Of a DNA stretch of 57,317 nt, positions 48,843 to 57,317 are shown in pieces. The notes below the pieces were generated by a model. It did no database searches. It worked only from the letters and a program-made list of their open reading frames with translations, and was not told the origin of the DNA. A program made the translations under genes and the position numbers. The stretch is from Silvanigrellaceae bacterium (GTDB lineage Bacteria > Bdellovibrionota_B > Oligoflexia > Silvanigrellales > CANGWC01): contig CANGWC010000002.1 of NCBI GenBank assembly GCA_947457515.1, positions 1 to 57,317 on the forward strand, given 5' to 3'. The first letter of the stretch is position 1. Each line of letters starts with the position of its first letter.

Positions 48843-49557
48843 CAGCTCCTGGTTGATTCTGAATGTCTGTTACAATTTTCTTCATAGATTCTTCAGGTAA
48901 ACTCACTGTTCCCCCACCAGGGATCAATCCAGATATATGAGTCACTTGTTCTATTAAAGCGACAGCATCTGATAAAGTCATCTGACTCAATTGATTCAAA
49001 TCGATTGTAGAACTTGTCGGATCAACTGTAAATTTCTTAAGCTTCATAAATAAACTGATCGTATTCACTTTTGCTGAATAACCACTGTATTTACCTTCTA
49101 CGGGGGTAAGGTAATCAATGACTTTATTGATCTGATCGAGATTAGCCTGGGTAGAATCAGGAATAATCAGAACAAAATCTGATAACGATAACCCAGTACC
49201 ACTGGAAGTTGCATTAAATCCTGAAGTTTTAAGGTCTTCTTCTGAATAAAGCTTTGTGCTGCTTTTCTGTGAAAGAAGCTTGAGAGCCAAATCAATATCA
49301 CTTAAACCCATTTGTCTTAAAACAACAGTTCCATAAGAAAGTCTTGCTTCATCATGACTTGGATTACTGAGAATCTCTTTTTCAATAGCAGCTTTAGCGG
49401 CGTTATAATTATGACAGGTTAAAGCAAATCTAAATTCATCCTCATAACTTAACTTCACTAACGGGTTCCATACGTTTCCTGTAGGACAGGGTAGAGTTGA
49501 TTTACCACAGCTTATAATAAGACTTAAAATAAGAATTTTTTTTATCAAAGTAACCAT
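48796..49557 (-). CDS. hypothetical lipoprotein
   Basis: MVTLIKKILILSLIISCG lipobox-like signal. No recognised domain. Confidence 0.55.
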   Translation of the reverse strand: MVTLIKKILILSLIISCGKSTLPCPTGNVWNPLVKLSYEDEFRFALTCHNYNAAKAAIEKEILSNPSHDEARLSYGTVVLRQMGLSDIDLALKLLSQKSSTKLYSEEDLKTSGFNATSSGTGLSLSDFVLIIPDSTQANLDQINKVIDYLTPVEGKYSGYSAKVNTISLFMKLKKFTVDPTSSTIDLNQLSQMTLSDAVALIEQVTHISGLIPGGGTVSLPEESMKKIVTDIQNQPGADDQQRIQNYIKSQLQ

Positions 49558-50600
49558 CCTATTTTAGCTAAAGCATGAACTCTTTGTGAGGGATTTTCTC
49601 CGGGAAGAACTCCTAACTCTTTTGTGTTGTAGGCTAATTCTAAATTGATAATCTTTGCATTTAAAAAGACACCATAAGTGGGGTATCCCTCACTCAGACC
49701 TAAATTAAACCCTACCCATCCTCGATAACTTCCTTCCAATCCTAAATGTATTTTTTGATAGAAAGAGTTTTTATAAGCATTCAAAAGATCAGTTAAATAC
49801 AATTCTCCATGAATCCTAAAAGCATTCTCAATTGTTTCTGTATAACCCAAAGCATAATTTAAAGATCTGATGTCCTTTAAAACAGACTTGCCTGTGGATA
49901 TCAGTCCAGGAATCATAAAACCTACAGATACAGACTGATAATGGTAATTAACACTAGGATCTAAAGTAATGACCTGTCCCTCTGTGACGTTTTGTTGACT
50001 CAGGTTTTTGAGAGCATTAACATCTAACGTAGATAATTCTGAAGTAGAAAGATTAATCTGAGTTAAAGAAACTTTCATGAATTTTAATCTTGCACCTACA
50101 GACCAATCATCAAAAGATTTTCCATAAGAAATTTCTGGTCCTGTAGAGACTTTCAATGAAACATCAGCTTCTGCGCCACCCAAAACAGGATCTGTGCCTA
50201 CGCGAGCATTCGCTTCTAAACTCTGAAAAAGTCCTATACGAGTGTGTGCGTAAGTAAATGTTTCTGAACTTTGAAGCCCTACATAAAAAGGAACATCTTG
50301 ATACTTTTTAATAAGATTAATAATCTCATCTGTTCCTATAGATGATTTATTCATGGCATCTGTTGCTAAATTACCTAAATTTCGACTTGCAGATATTTCT
50401 GGACTGAGAAGTTCTAATTCTTGAAAGCCATCACCTAAATTTCCTAAGTAAGCAGGATTCTCTATTGTCGGTGCCGCAAAAATCCCTGCCCCACCTTGGC
50501 CTTCTCTTCGGGGAGATGCCTCTAAAAAACTAAATATGTTGACACTTAAGGTAATAACTAAGGTTCTATGTATCGCAAACTTCAAATAAACACCCAGCAA
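49545..50600 (-). CDS. putative outer-membrane beta-barrel protein
   Basis: Signal-like N-terminus. Alternating hydrophobic/polar strands with frequent G/Y/S/T. Aromatic-containing C-terminus (AKIGWLL). TTG start uncertain. Family not identified. Confidence 0.4.
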   Translation of the reverse strand: MLGVYLKFAIHRTLVITLSVNIFSFLEASPRREGQGGAGIFAAPTIENPAYLGNLGDGFQELELLSPEISASRNLGNLATDAMNKSSIGTDEIINLIKKYQDVPFYVGLQSSETFTYAHTRIGLFQSLEANARVGTDPVLGGAEADVSLKVSTGPEISYGKSFDDWSVGARLKFMKVSLTQINLSTSELSTLDVNALKNLSQQNVTEGQVITLDPSVNYHYQSVSVGFMIPGLISTGKSVLKDIRSLNYALGYTETIENAFRIHGELYLTDLLNAYKNSFYQKIHLGLEGSYRGWVGFNLGLSEGYPTYGVFLNAKIINLELAYNTKELGVLPGENPSQRVHALAKIGWLL

Positions 50601-51561
50601 TGGTTAAACCGGGGCCAAAAGCTAAGCTCAGAACATATGGGTATCTTGGATTTTCTAAGATACTAGACCAGATATACGGAAGAGTAGCCGAGGACATATT
50701 CCCGTGCTCTTTTAGGATACCCCAACTTTCTTGAACCTGATCATCTGTAAGTGCCAAAGTCTTGTGCACTGTATCAATGATCTTAAGACCTCCGGGATGA
50801 ACGGCAAAATGACATTCTTCTTTTTTAATATCAAAATGCTTTAAAAAATCTTCTATAAAATTCTGAATATATTCAGGAATTTTAGAAGATAAGGTCATAG
50901 CCATATGATACCCTGTTCCATACCAACTCATGGCTTCTACCGTATCCGGAATCACTCTCCAAAGTATTTTGTTGACCTTTAGGCTTTTCCCTTTAGGTTT
51001 TTGAGATATTGCATCATAAGCAATGAACCCATCTGCAAATAATGTCTCAATCACAAGGTTTTCTAAAGAATGGGAAGCCGGATTAAAATGTAAGGTACAA
51101 AGTTCCGTATGAACAATAGTCCCAGATCCTTCAAAACCTTTTGCAATGCGTAATGCAGGGATACTGGCATAACAACCCATATGATAAGCATGGATCACTT
51201 CTGTATCAGGAGGTGCTAATCTTTGAAAAGGACTGGGAGACATATATCCTGTACAAGATACATGCACTAAAAAATCATTCTGGAATTGAAGATCTTTCCC
51301 ATATTTAAGAACCTGCTCTTCATAATAATCCATACGATCTTTCCAGATTCGAGGAGGAAAATGAATCTTCATGTTTTCCCAAGATTCATGGGAAAAATCT
51401 TCCACAAAAGAACCTCTTTTTTCTATGTATTTAGAAAATTTCTTTAAATACTTTAGAACATCTCCTCCATGCTTTTCATGGGCACGAGCTATCCATTGAA
51501 TGGAATCATCTTGTTGACTTTGAAAGGGACAGGGGACTTTTTGAAAGTTCTTAAGGTACAT
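50566..51561 (-). CDS. type III polyketide synthase (chalcone/stilbene synthase family)
   Basis: Cys-His-Asn triad contexts: HMGCYASIPALRIA (active-site Cys), FAVHPGGLKIID (His), HGNMSSATL (Asn). Also LFADGF and AFGPGLT. Confidence 0.75.
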   Translation of the reverse strand: MYLKNFQKVPCPFQSQQDDSIQWIARAHEKHGGDVLKYLKKFSKYIEKRGSFVEDFSHESWENMKIHFPPRIWKDRMDYYEEQVLKYGKDLQFQNDFLVHVSCTGYMSPSPFQRLAPPDTEVIHAYHMGCYASIPALRIAKGFEGSGTIVHTELCTLHFNPASHSLENLVIETLFADGFIAYDAISQKPKGKSLKVNKILWRVIPDTVEAMSWYGTGYHMAMTLSSKIPEYIQNFIEDFLKHFDIKKEECHFAVHPGGLKIIDTVHKTLALTDDQVQESWGILKEHGNMSSATLPYIWSSILENPRYPYVLSLAFGPGLTIAGCLFEVCDT

Positions 51562-52570
51562 GATTCATCAGATCATAAAGGAATTTAGGATCTAAATCTT
51601 TCATGCATCTATGATGTTGACGGGGACAAACCTGATGTCCATGTAAGGAACACGGCTGACAATCCAGTTTAATTCCTTGACTGGGAAGGTTTCCTATCAC
51701 CGTACCCGGAGGAGTGAATCCATGATCTGTGCCCGTAGGACCATAAATTCCTAATGTAGGTTTTTGGAAAGCCCAAGCTAAATGAACCAGAGCAGAATCA
51801 TTAGAAATGGCAAATAAAGATCTTTCTAAAATGATAAACAGATCTAAAAATGAAGTGAATCCAGGCATAAAATGAAAGATTCTGGAATGGTACTCCTCCG
51901 GTAAATGCTTTAAGAATTCTTGTCCAAGTTCTTCTTCCCCAGGACCTGTATTCATAAAACAATACAGATCTTTTTGTGAATCAAGATGTAATCTGACAAG
52001 CTCACTGAGCTGTGGCATGGGGTATCTTTTGGTTGGCCATTGGCTCCCTGGAGAGATCATGAAGTATTTTTTCTCCAATAAGTCTTTTAAAAAAGGCACT
52101 TCCGCCATTCTTTTTTGAATCGTATCTTGGCTGGGTGATTTCCAATACGGGAGTTTTGGGGAGATAGGGATCCATTCTTTGGGAACTAAAGAAAGAATGC
52201 GTTCTGCTTCAAATGTTTTTTGGGAAACCTGAATCGATTTTTGATACAAAAAAGAATACCTGCCTTTAAACCCAATAGAAGGCCTCTGACTTAAAAAGAC
52301 CATGATAGCTGAAGTTAAAGATCTATGTGGAACAAGGATATGATCGCATTCACGAAGACTTTTTGTGATTTTAGAGAAACATTGAATTTTGTTTTTTTTA
52401 GGAACTAAGACAGTTTTTTTAATTCGAATATCGTCATTGTATAGCCTTACGCCAGCAGAACTGGTAAACAAAGATATCTGATGCCCATTAATATATAGGG
52501 CTTCAATCGTTTGACTACATAAAATAAGGTCCCCCACATACGCTGTATGAAGTATGCCTATCTTTGCCAT
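51551..52570 (-). CDS. glycosyltransferase family 9 (heptosyltransferase-like) with C-terminal Cys cluster
   Basis: MAKIGILHTAYVGDLIL, SPGSQWPTKRYP, ISNDSALVHLAWAFQKPTLGIYGPT. C-terminal CQPCSLHGHQVCPRQHHRC. Confidence 0.78.
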   Translation of the reverse strand: MAKIGILHTAYVGDLILCSQTIEALYINGHQISLFTSSAGVRLYNDDIRIKKTVLVPKKNKIQCFSKITKSLRECDHILVPHRSLTSAIMVFLSQRPSIGFKGRYSFLYQKSIQVSQKTFEAERILSLVPKEWIPISPKLPYWKSPSQDTIQKRMAEVPFLKDLLEKKYFMISPGSQWPTKRYPMPQLSELVRLHLDSQKDLYCFMNTGPGEEELGQEFLKHLPEEYHSRIFHFMPGFTSFLDLFIILERSLFAISNDSALVHLAWAFQKPTLGIYGPTGTDHGFTPPGTVIGNLPSQGIKLDCQPCSLHGHQVCPRQHHRCMKDLDPKFLYDLMNHVP

Positions 52571-53332
52571 TTATTACTGCTCTTCACTCCATCCTACTCA
52601 CAAAGTAAGGACTTTGTCCAAGAGGGCAAACTGACCGTTGGTTTAGAAACTGGGTTTCTCCCTTTTGAGATGCTCTCTCCTCAACAAGAATGGATAGGTT
52701 TTGATATTGATCTTTCCAAAGCATTTGCTCAGTTCCTTAAAAAAGATGTTGTGTTTTTCAACTTTCAATTTGATGGTTTAATACCGGCTCTTCTCACCCG
52801 AAAATATGATACAGCTATCACAGGAATGAGTATCACTCCCGAAAGAGAAAAAGTTGTGCTCTTTAGTGATATTTATCTCGCATTAGGCTTAGCGATAGCG
52901 ATTTCCAAAGATCTTGCACCTAAAGTTAAAACATTAAAAGATTTAGACACTTATACTAAAAACGTAGCCGTTAAAATTGGAACAACTGGTGCACAACAAG
53001 TCCGAGACACTTTAAAGTCTTCTCAGGTCGTTGATTACCCTACAGAAACTCTTGCGATCACAGCCATGCTCTCTAATAAAGTTCAAGCATTTGTTTATGA
53101 TGAACCTTTCATTCAGATCGTAGCAAGAAATTATCCTCAATTCACTTCTATCCCGGTCATAGGATCCAAAAAGAATATCGCTGCTGCCTTCCACCCTAGT
53201 AACAAAAAACTCGCTAATGATTTTAATACTTTCCTTAAAAGTTGGAAAAAATCTGGTGAATTTGACAAAATATACAAGAAATTTTTTGTAGAGACCGCTT
53301 GGTTAAAAAAATTTCCTGGATTCTTAAAATAA
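52547..53332 (+). CDS. periplasmic solute-binding protein, family 3 (polar amino acid type), orphan
   Basis: Signal peptide. GFDIDLSKAFAQFL..., FDGLIPALLTRKYDTAITGMSITPEREK. No permease or ATPase adjacent. Confidence 0.75.
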   Translation: MKYAYLCHLLLLFTPSYSQSKDFVQEGKLTVGLETGFLPFEMLSPQQEWIGFDIDLSKAFAQFLKKDVVFFNFQFDGLIPALLTRKYDTAITGMSITPEREKVVLFSDIYLALGLAIAISKDLAPKVKTLKDLDTYTKNVAVKIGTTGAQQVRDTLKSSQVVDYPTETLAITAMLSNKVQAFVYDEPFIQIVARNYPQFTSIPVIGSKKNIAAAFHPSNKKLANDFNTFLKSWKKSGEFDKIYKKFFVETAWLKKFPGFLK

Positions 53333-53339
53333 CCAAACT

Positions 53340-55934
53340 ATGACATCAAATCTTTCTCAATCTTTTCAAGCCCATCTGAACATTCAACAAGATGAACCTT
53401 TACTGAGAGACTATTGGAAAGATCTTTTTCATTATGAAGCAAAATCTCATCCTTCATTCTCTATGGTCATGCCTCCTCCTAATATCACAGGAGATCTCAC
53501 GATTGGGCACGTTCTCAATAATACTCTTCAAGATGTTTTGATTCGATGGCACCGTATGTGCGGAGAAGAAGTTTGCTGGGTGCCTGGAATCGATCATGCC
53601 AGTATTGCAACAGAGAGCAAAGTTCTTCAATTCCTTAAATCTCAAGGCATTTCTAAAGAATCCCTCACTAAAGAAACTTTCTTAAAAGAAGTTTTGAAAT
53701 GGAAAGAAACTTATGGATCCCGAATTATAGATGACCTGAAGTTTCTAGGTATTTCCTGTGATTGGGATCGTTTAACCTACACTCTTGATCCCAGTTATAA
53801 TGAAAAAGTCTTCCAAGGCATTATTGATCTTTATCATAAAGGATTCATTTATAAAGATTACAGAATTGTAAATTGGTGTCCTGTCAGCCAATCAGTCATC
53901 TCCGATGAAGAAGTGAATCATCAAACTCAATCTGGAAATCTTTGGTACATCCGTTACCCTTTAATTTTAGGAGATGCTGATTCTCCTTTTATTGTTGTGG
54001 CTACCACAAGACCAGAAACCATCTTTGGAGATATGGCTATTGCCGTTAACCCAGAAGATCCTCGTTACCAAAAATGGATTGGGAAACACTGCTTTGTTCC
54101 CATACTCAATAAGAAAATTCCTATTCTTGCAGATTCTATGGTGGAATCTTCCTTTGGGACCGGCGCTGTTAAGATCACCCCTGCTCATGATCCTAATGAC
54201 TTTCAAGTTGCCCAAAGACATAAGTTACCTTTCCTTAATATTTTGAATAAAGATGCTTCTTTAAATGAAAACGTACCTAGTGAATATCAAGGACTAGATA
54301 GATTCGATGCCCGGAAAAAAGTGATTTCTTCCCTGGAAGAAATGGGTCTTTTGGATAAAATTGAACCTTATACTTTAAACGTAGGGATCTCTGAAAGAGG
54401 TTATGTTCCCATTGAGTACAGACTGAGCGATCAGTGGTTTATGAAAATGGATTCTCTTGCTCAGAAAGCTTTAAATGCTACCCGTCAAGGAAACCTTTCT
54501 TTTTTCCCAGCATACCATCTCAAGACTTGGGAACATTGGCTTTCCAATATTCAAGATTGGTGTATTTCAAGGCAGCTTTGGTGGGGACATCAACTCCCAT
54601 TTTACACCTGTGAAAAGTGCCATCATATTCATGCTCGTATGCCTTCCGACGCAACTCTTCCTTGTGAAAAATGTCATCATCCTGTCTGTATTCAAGATCC
54701 TGATGTTTTAGATACATGGGCCAGTTCTTGGCTTTTCCCACAGGCAATAGAAGATGCAGATATCATCTATCCCACCCATACCCTTGTCACAGCTCCGGAG
54801 ATCATTTTCTTTTGGGTTGCTCGCATGGTCATGGCAGGTCTTGAATTCAAACAAGAACTTCCTTTCAAACATGTTTATTTCACACCTATTGTCAGAGATC
54901 ACTTAGGTCGAAAAATGAGTAAATCTTTAGGTAACTCACCTAAAATTAAAGATCTCATTAAGGAGTATGGAACAGATGCTCTACGATTTGCTGTTGTTAA
55001 TCATACTAACCCAGGACAGGACATTGCTTGGAAAAATCAACACTGTCAGGTAGGTTCTCATTTTTCCCATAAAATATGGAACTGTGGAAGATTCTTTGAA
55101 TTCATCTTCCAAAAAAATCAATGGACTTGGAAACCAGCTCCCCTCTCTTCTTTCTCACATCCTCTCTCATTATGGTTCCTTAAAAAACTCTCTGTCGTTT
55201 TTGATGAGTGTCATAAATACATTCAGGAATATGAATTCTCTAAATACACACAAACACTTTATGAATTCACCTGGATGGAATTTTGTGATTGGTACATTGA
55301 ATTCATCAAACATGAAACAGATGAACAACTTTTTCAAGAAAGTGCTCAAATATTTGAAATGATTCTTCTGATGTTAAATCCTGTCATGCCTTTTATCACA
55401 GAGAAGATCTGGCAATGTTTAACCTCCAGAACTCAAAGTATCAGTCTTGAAAAATTTCCTTTTTTTCCCTCTCTTCCATCTCCCCATGATCATATCCTCA
55501 CATCTTTACAAGAATGCATTTCTGAGGTTCGTACCTTAAAAAGTCAATTTCAAATAAAGTCAGGTTACCCCCTTAAGACATCTTTGAATCCTTTATCACC
55601 CTATGAAAAACAACTGCTTTCTTTAACGGGAGCATCAACTGTAGATTGGAATTCTAGCCCTTCTAAAAACGATCTCACGTTACCTTTAAGTGATCATCAA
55701 TCGATTTCTATCTCTCAAGAAAGTCTTGTAGATATGACTAAAGAGTTAAAACGTCTTTCTTCTCGAAAAGAGAAATTAGAGATCATCATAGAAAAAACGA
55801 TTCTTAGGATTAACTCCCCAGAATTTGCTCAGAATGCACCTCCTGCAGTGGTAGCAGGTGCTGAGGCGGAACTTTTAAAAACACAACAAGAATACAAAAC
55901 GATTCTTAAAAATTTGGAGATATTACAATCATGA
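53340..55934 (+). CDS. valS: valine--tRNA ligase
   Basis: PPPNITGDLTIGHVLN (HIGH-type), WVPGIDHASIATE, KMSKSLGN, C-terminal coiled coil. Confidence 0.95.
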   Translation: MTSNLSQSFQAHLNIQQDEPLLRDYWKDLFHYEAKSHPSFSMVMPPPNITGDLTIGHVLNNTLQDVLIRWHRMCGEEVCWVPGIDHASIATESKVLQFLKSQGISKESLTKETFLKEVLKWKETYGSRIIDDLKFLGISCDWDRLTYTLDPSYNEKVFQGIIDLYHKGFIYKDYRIVNWCPVSQSVISDEEVNHQTQSGNLWYIRYPLILGDADSPFIVVATTRPETIFGDMAIAVNPEDPRYQKWIGKHCFVPILNKKIPILADSMVESSFGTGAVKITPAHDPNDFQVAQRHKLPFLNILNKDASLNENVPSEYQGLDRFDARKKVISSLEEMGLLDKIEPYTLNVGISERGYVPIEYRLSDQWFMKMDSLAQKALNATRQGNLSFFPAYHLKTWEHWLSNIQDWCISRQLWWGHQLPFYTCEKCHHIHARMPSDATLPCEKCHHPVCIQDPDVLDTWASSWLFPQAIEDADIIYPTHTLVTAPEIIFFWVARMVMAGLEFKQELPFKHVYFTPIVRDHLGRKMSKSLGNSPKIKDLIKEYGTDALRFAVVNHTNPGQDIAWKNQHCQVGSHFSHKIWNCGRFFEFIFQKNQWTWKPAPLSSFSHPLSLWFLKKLSVVFDECHKYIQEYEFSKYTQTLYEFTWMEFCDWYIEFIKHETDEQLFQESAQIFEMILLMLNPVMPFITEKIWQCLTSRTQSISLEKFPFFPSLPSPHDHILTSLQECISEVRTLKSQFQIKSGYPLKTSLNPLSPYEKQLLSLTGASTVDWNSSPSKNDLTLPLSDHQSISISQESLVDMTKELKRLSSRKEKLEIIIEKTILRINSPEFAQNAPPAVVAGAEAELLKTQQEYKTILKNLEILQS

Positions 55935-56449
55935 AAAAAAGACATCTTCTCTGGATTGATTTAGAAATGACTGGGTTAAATCCAGAAGTAGATAGTATTG
56001 TAGAACTGGCTGTGCTTGTGACAACTCTAGATCTGACCATTGTTGGCAGTATGGAGAAGGTGATTTATCAACCTCAAAGTGTCCTAGAAAATATGGATCC
56101 TTGGTGCAAAGAACATCATGGCAAAAGTGGTCTTACAGCTAAAATCCCTATGGGAGAAGCTTTAGCTAAAGTAGAAGATGATCTTTGTCATCTCATTACA
56201 AGACACTTTAGAACACCTGCTATCTTAGCTGGGAATAGTATTAGTCATGATCGTAAGTTTATTGATAAGTATCTTCCTAAAGTTTCTGCATTGTTACATT
56301 ATCGTATGTTAGATATCTCTAGTTTTAAATTAATTTTTGATGGCCTTTACCAAATTAAATTCAAAAAGAAAAAAAACCACAGAGCTTTAGATGATATTCA
56401 TGAATCTCTTGCGGAATTAAAGCATTACCTCTACTATATCCGTCTATGA
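55931..56449 (+). CDS. orn: oligoribonuclease
   Basis: [11 protein letters not shown] (DEDD motif I), [25 protein letters not shown]. Confidence 0.92.
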   Translation: MKKRHLLWIDLEMTGLNPEVDSIVELAVLVTTLDLTIVGSMEKVIYQPQSVLENMDPWCKEHHGKSGLTAKIPMGEALAKVEDDLCHLITRHFRTPAILAGNSISHDRKFIDKYLPKVSALLHYRMLDISSFKLIFDGLYQIKFKKKKNHRALDDIHESLAELKHYLYYIRL

Positions 56450-57063
56450 AAACTAAAACTTATTTTAAATATTTTCTTTTATCATCCATCTTTATTTCCA
56501 CTTCCTCTATCCAAGCTAAGGAGAAAAAACCCGTGTCTTCAACTCCAACCCCTGCTCCCGTTCCTGCAGCTCTACCTAAATACAAAGTAGAAACTTCTTT
56601 AGGTAATATTGTCATTGAACTCAACTCAGAAAAAGCTCCTTTAACTACAGCTAACTTCAAAGCTTATGCTGATAAACACAGTTTCGATAACACAATATTC
56701 CACAGAGTTATCCCTGGATTCATGATTCAAGGCGGTGGCATGAATAAAGACATGAAAGAAGTCTCTACTCTACCTCCTGTTAAGAACGAAGCTAAAAATG
56801 GCCTCAAAAACCTTCGTGGAACCCTTGCTATGGCTCGTACATCCGATCCTCATTCAGCAACGATCCAATTCTTTATTAATCTAAAAGACAACTCTTTCTT
56901 AGATTACACACCTCAAAGCGATGGTTATGCCGTCTTTGGTAAAGTAGTTGAAGGTATGGATACCGTCGATAAAGTTGCTAAAGTGAAAACCAGTTCTAAA
57001 GGTTTCCATGATGATGTTCCTGTAGAACCTATCTTTATTAAAACAGTTACTCCTGTAAAGTAA
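56446..57063 (+). CDS. ppiA: periplasmic cyclophilin-type peptidyl-prolyl isomerase
   Basis: Signal peptide. [47 protein letters not shown]. Confidence 0.92.
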   Translation: MKTKTYFKYFLLSSIFISTSSIQAKEKKPVSSTPTPAPVPAALPKYKVETSLGNIVIELNSEKAPLTTANFKAYADKHSFDNTIFHRVIPGFMIQGGGMNKDMKEVSTLPPVKNEAKNGLKNLRGTLAMARTSDPHSATIQFFINLKDNSFLDYTPQSDGYAVFGKVVEGMDTVDKVAKVKTSSKGFHDDVPVEPIFIKTVTPVK

Positions 57064-57104
57064 CTCTCTAGTTTCTTTGTGTGACACTCTAGCCCCCTAA
57101 AGGA

Positions 57105-57138
57105 AGCTAGCTTCTAAAGTTAGCTAGCTTCTAAAGTT
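57105..57138. repeat. 17-bp direct tandem repeat x2 (agctagcttctaaagtt) plus partial third copy, containing the palindrome gaagctagcttc
   Basis: Read directly, 57105..57121 = 57122..57138. The palindromic cores can pair with each other (8-bp stem). Possible bidirectional terminator after ppiA. Confidence 0.7.
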
Positions 57139-57317
57139 AGCGAGAAAGACCATCAGCTGTCGCTCGCGCGACCTGGAAAATTCCAGTGCTTGCCTTCTTC
57201 CCGACATTGAGCACCCTCCTAGAAAAACCAAGAATTAAAGTATAAGGAGTTGCAATTATATCATTTCAAATCTAAAATAAATCAATTAATAACAATTGGT
57301 TAAAAGAAATGAAGATA

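Noticed and set aside
57140-57225. Minus-strand sequence UUCCAGGUCGCGCGAGCGACAGCUGAUGG superficially resembles SRP (4.5S) RNA helix 8 (CCAGGUC...GNRA loop...CAGC).
   Set aside because: The universally conserved symmetric-loop nucleotides are absent: 5' AGG before the tetraloop stem and 3' AGCA after it, as in GGUCAGGUCCGGAAGGAAGCAGCC. I also could not build a convincing long closing helix. Left as an unassigned structured region pending a covariance-model scan.

Overview
AT-rich chromosomal segment from a diderm bacterium. The diderm call rests on a GT9 heptosyltransferase, DsbD, lipobox lipoproteins and a periplasmic cyclophilin. A Bdellovibrionota/Oligoflexia-like origin is only a guess. 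Positions 2.4-26.8 kb (minus strand) form one uninterrupted translation/transcription super-cluster: rplK-rplA-rplJ-rplL-rpoB-rpoC joined directly to the S10, spc and alpha operons (rpsJ through rplQ). The usual neighbours secE-nusG, rpsL-rpsG-fusA-tuf, rplX and map are not in it. I translated two sub-60-aa genes missing from the ORF track by hand: rpmJ and rpmC. Rho is divergent from rplK. The rest is housekeeping (holB-like, mltG, sohB, dsbD, gpmI, tRNA-Trp, dut, valS, orn, ppiA) interleaved with two accessory blocks. Block 1 (30.2-39.0 kb) is a cell-surface island. It holds three translationally coupled paralogous prepilin-like genes, each with a ~300-aa C-terminal domain carrying 12 positionally conserved cysteines and an HxH motif. 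These are followed on the same strand by a repeat-rich secreted YkuD L,D-transpeptidase and a Cys-motif lipoprotein. A large low-complexity lipoprotein lies divergent, and SohB and DsbD sit next door. No pilus assembly genes are in the window. This is my best candidate for an undescribed system. Block 2 (44.9-52.6 kb) holds a HigB/HigA-type toxin-antitoxin pair, a class I methyltransferase and a tightly overlapping six-gene envelope operon. That operon runs GT9 glycosyltransferase, type III polyketide synthase, putative outer-membrane protein, lipoprotein, small His-rich membrane protein and single-domain receiver. The left edge carries tandem paralogous small secreted-protein genes with a duplicated promoter/leader and a perfect 22-bp inverted repeat over the SD/start codon. 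The right edge has a 17-bp tandem repeat followed by an unusually GC-rich, hairpin-rich stretch. No CRISPR array, transposase, integrase or rRNA was seen.
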